This document shows positions 30,830-32,000 of a DNA stretch of 32,000 bases, in pieces. Both the position numbers and the translations under genes were made by a program. Positions within the stretch are counted from its first letter, which is position 1. Each line of letters begins with the position of its first letter. The stretch lies in contig NZ_CP047960.1 in the NCBI RefSeq assembly GCF_014280195.1, positions 1,230,001 to 1,262,000 of the forward strand, read 5' to 3'. The notes under the pieces were generated by a model. It did no database searches and was not told where the DNA came from. It saw only the letters and a program-made list of their open reading frames with translations. The DNA comes from Synechococcus sp. A15-24 (GTDB lineage: Bacteria > Cyanobacteriota > Cyanobacteriia > PCC-6307 > Cyanobiaceae).

Positions 30830-32000
30830 ATGTCATCCCCAACGGACCCCAACGGGGCCTTTCAGCGTTCGCATCCCAGCGAAGGCATGCAGGCGCTCGA
30901 GAAGGAACGCAAGTTGCCCCTCACCGGCTGGCAACAGGAAGTTGATCAGGCCAAGCGCCTGGGTCTCGAAGCTGCGGAAAGCATCGTTGACCGCAACATC
31001 TCCACCTTTTCGCGAGGTGAGCTCCCGCATTTCGCCGGCATCAACACCTTCATGAAGGCTCCCTACCTGGAGGATGTGAACCAGGTGGGCAATTACGACG
31101 TGGCCATCGTCGGAGTCCCCCACGATTGCGGAACCACCTACCGCCCCGGCACCCGCTTCGGGCCCCAGGGCATCCGTCGCATCTCAGCCCTTTACACCCC
31201 CTACAACTACGAAATGGGGGTTGATCTGCGCGAACAGATCACCCTCTGCGATGTCGGCGACATCTTCACCATTCCGGCCAACAACGAGAAAAGCTTCGAT
31301 CAGATCTCCAAGGGCATCGCCCACGTGTTCGCCAGCGGCGCCTTCCCGATCATTCTCGGCGGCGACCACTCCATCGGCTTCCCAACCGTCCGCGGCGTCT
31401 GCCGCTATCTGGGTGACAAGAAAGTGGGCATCATCCACTTCGACCGTCACGTCGACACCCAGGAGATCGACCTGGACGAGCGGATGCACACCTGTCCGTG
31501 GTTCCACGCCACCAACATGGCCAACGCTCCGGCCGAGAACCTGGTGCAGCTCGGCATCGGCGGCTGGCAGGTGCCGCGCGAAGGCGTGAAGGTCTGCCGC
31601 GAACGTGGCACCAACGTGCTCACCGTCACGGACATCACCGAGATGGGTCTGGAGGCGGCATCCAAATACGCCATCGAACGCGCCACCGACGGCACCGACT
31701 GCGTTTACATCTCCTTTGACATCGACTGCATCGATGCCGGCTTCGTGCCGGGCACCGGCTGGCCCGAACCCGGCGGCCTGCTGCCGCGCGAGGCGCTCAA
31801 GCTGCTGGAACTGATCGTGCGCAATGTTCCGGTGTGCGGTCTCGAAATCGTGGAGGTTTCGCCGCCATATGACATCAGCGACATGACCTCGCTGATGGCC
31901 ACCCGCGTGATCTGCGACGCCATGGCCCATCTCGTGGTCAGCGGCCAGCTCCCCCGCAAGGGCAAGCCGGCCTGGATCAGCGATGTCTGCAACATGAACG
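30830..32000 (+). CDS. arginase/agmatinase-family ureohydrolase (3' end beyond the window); likely guanidine hydrolase-type given the leader
   Basis: The frame is open from ATG 30830 to the window end. Metal-site motifs GGDHSIGFP, HFDRHVD and SFDIDCIDAGFVPGTG, plus EVSPPYD. All minus-strand track ORFs here are shadows. Confidence 0.95.
   Translation, partial: MSSPTDPNGAFQRSHPSEGMQALEKERKLPLTGWQQEVDQAKRLGLEAAESIVDRNISTFSRGELPHFAGINTFMKAPYLEDVNQVGNYDVAIVGVPHDCGTTYRPGTRFGPQGIRRISALYTPYNYEMGVDLREQITLCDVGDIFTIPANNEKSFDQISKGIAHVFASGAFPIILGGDHSIGFPTVRGVCRYLGDKKVGIIHFDRHVDTQEIDLDERMHTCPWFHATNMANAPAENLVQLGIGGWQVPREGVKVCRERGTNVLTVTDITEMGLEAASKYAIERATDGTDCVYISFDIDCIDAGFVPGTGWPEPGGLLPREALKLLELIVRNVPVCGLEIVEVSPPYDISDMTSLMATRVICDAMAHLVVSGQLPRKGKPAWISDVCNMN

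Noticed and set aside
31184-31995. Minus-strand ORFs of 96-248 aa opposite the ureohydrolase gene
   Set aside because: The plus strand carries all the arginase-family metal-binding motifs in one open frame. The minus-strand frames are low-complexity shadows.
1-32000. Visual scan for tRNA/rRNA genes, CRISPR arrays, integrases, transposases and phage structural genes
   Set aside because: I noticed no T-loop/acceptor patterns, no regularly spaced short repeats, and no recombinase motifs. A by-eye scan can miss tRNAs, so tRNAscan-SE or Infernal should confirm.

Overview
High-GC picocyanobacterial chromosome segment. The gene content looks like marine Synechococcus, but that is an inference from content, not a database hit. 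It is densely packed with short genes, and several visibly AT-richer islets sit at roughly 2760-3650, 15300-16330, 20830-22080, 26560-26850 and 29300-29860. Confidently recognisable genes: an RRM RNA-binding protein, the photoprotection module ocp-crtW-frp next to a GT2 glycosyltransferase, a GNAT acetyltransferase, two LuxR-type regulators with degenerate receiver domains, and DUF411, DUF429, mazEF and yccF. Also recognisable: a phytoene-desaturase-like FAD oxidoreductase, gamma-glutamyltranspeptidase, DUF427, a Nif11-type peptide, DUF1330, DoxX, SelO, a lipocalin-like protein, DUF924, DUF3104, a cupin lipoprotein, a cytochrome P450 and a 3'-truncated arginase-family ureohydrolase. RNA and regulatory elements visible by eye: a guanidine-I (ykkC) riboswitch in front of the ureohydrolase; two copies of a conserved leader resembling the glutamine-II / Downstream-peptide riboswitch in front of short YRG-motif ORFs; one clean intrinsic terminator; and palindromic operator-like sites. 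The most unusual structure is a pair of about 99% identical 463-bp direct repeats (767-1229 and 4909-5371). They have no credible coding capacity and exactly bracket the ocp-crtW-frp-GT2 module. Two genes, a CP12-like gene and a roughly 190-aa hypothetical, appear interrupted by single-base frameshifts. I saw no rRNA, tRNA, CRISPR array, transposase or integrase. Many long ORFs in the supplied track are antisense or off-frame shadows typical of high-GC DNA and are not reported. All family assignments come from motif recognition by eye, with no searches run.
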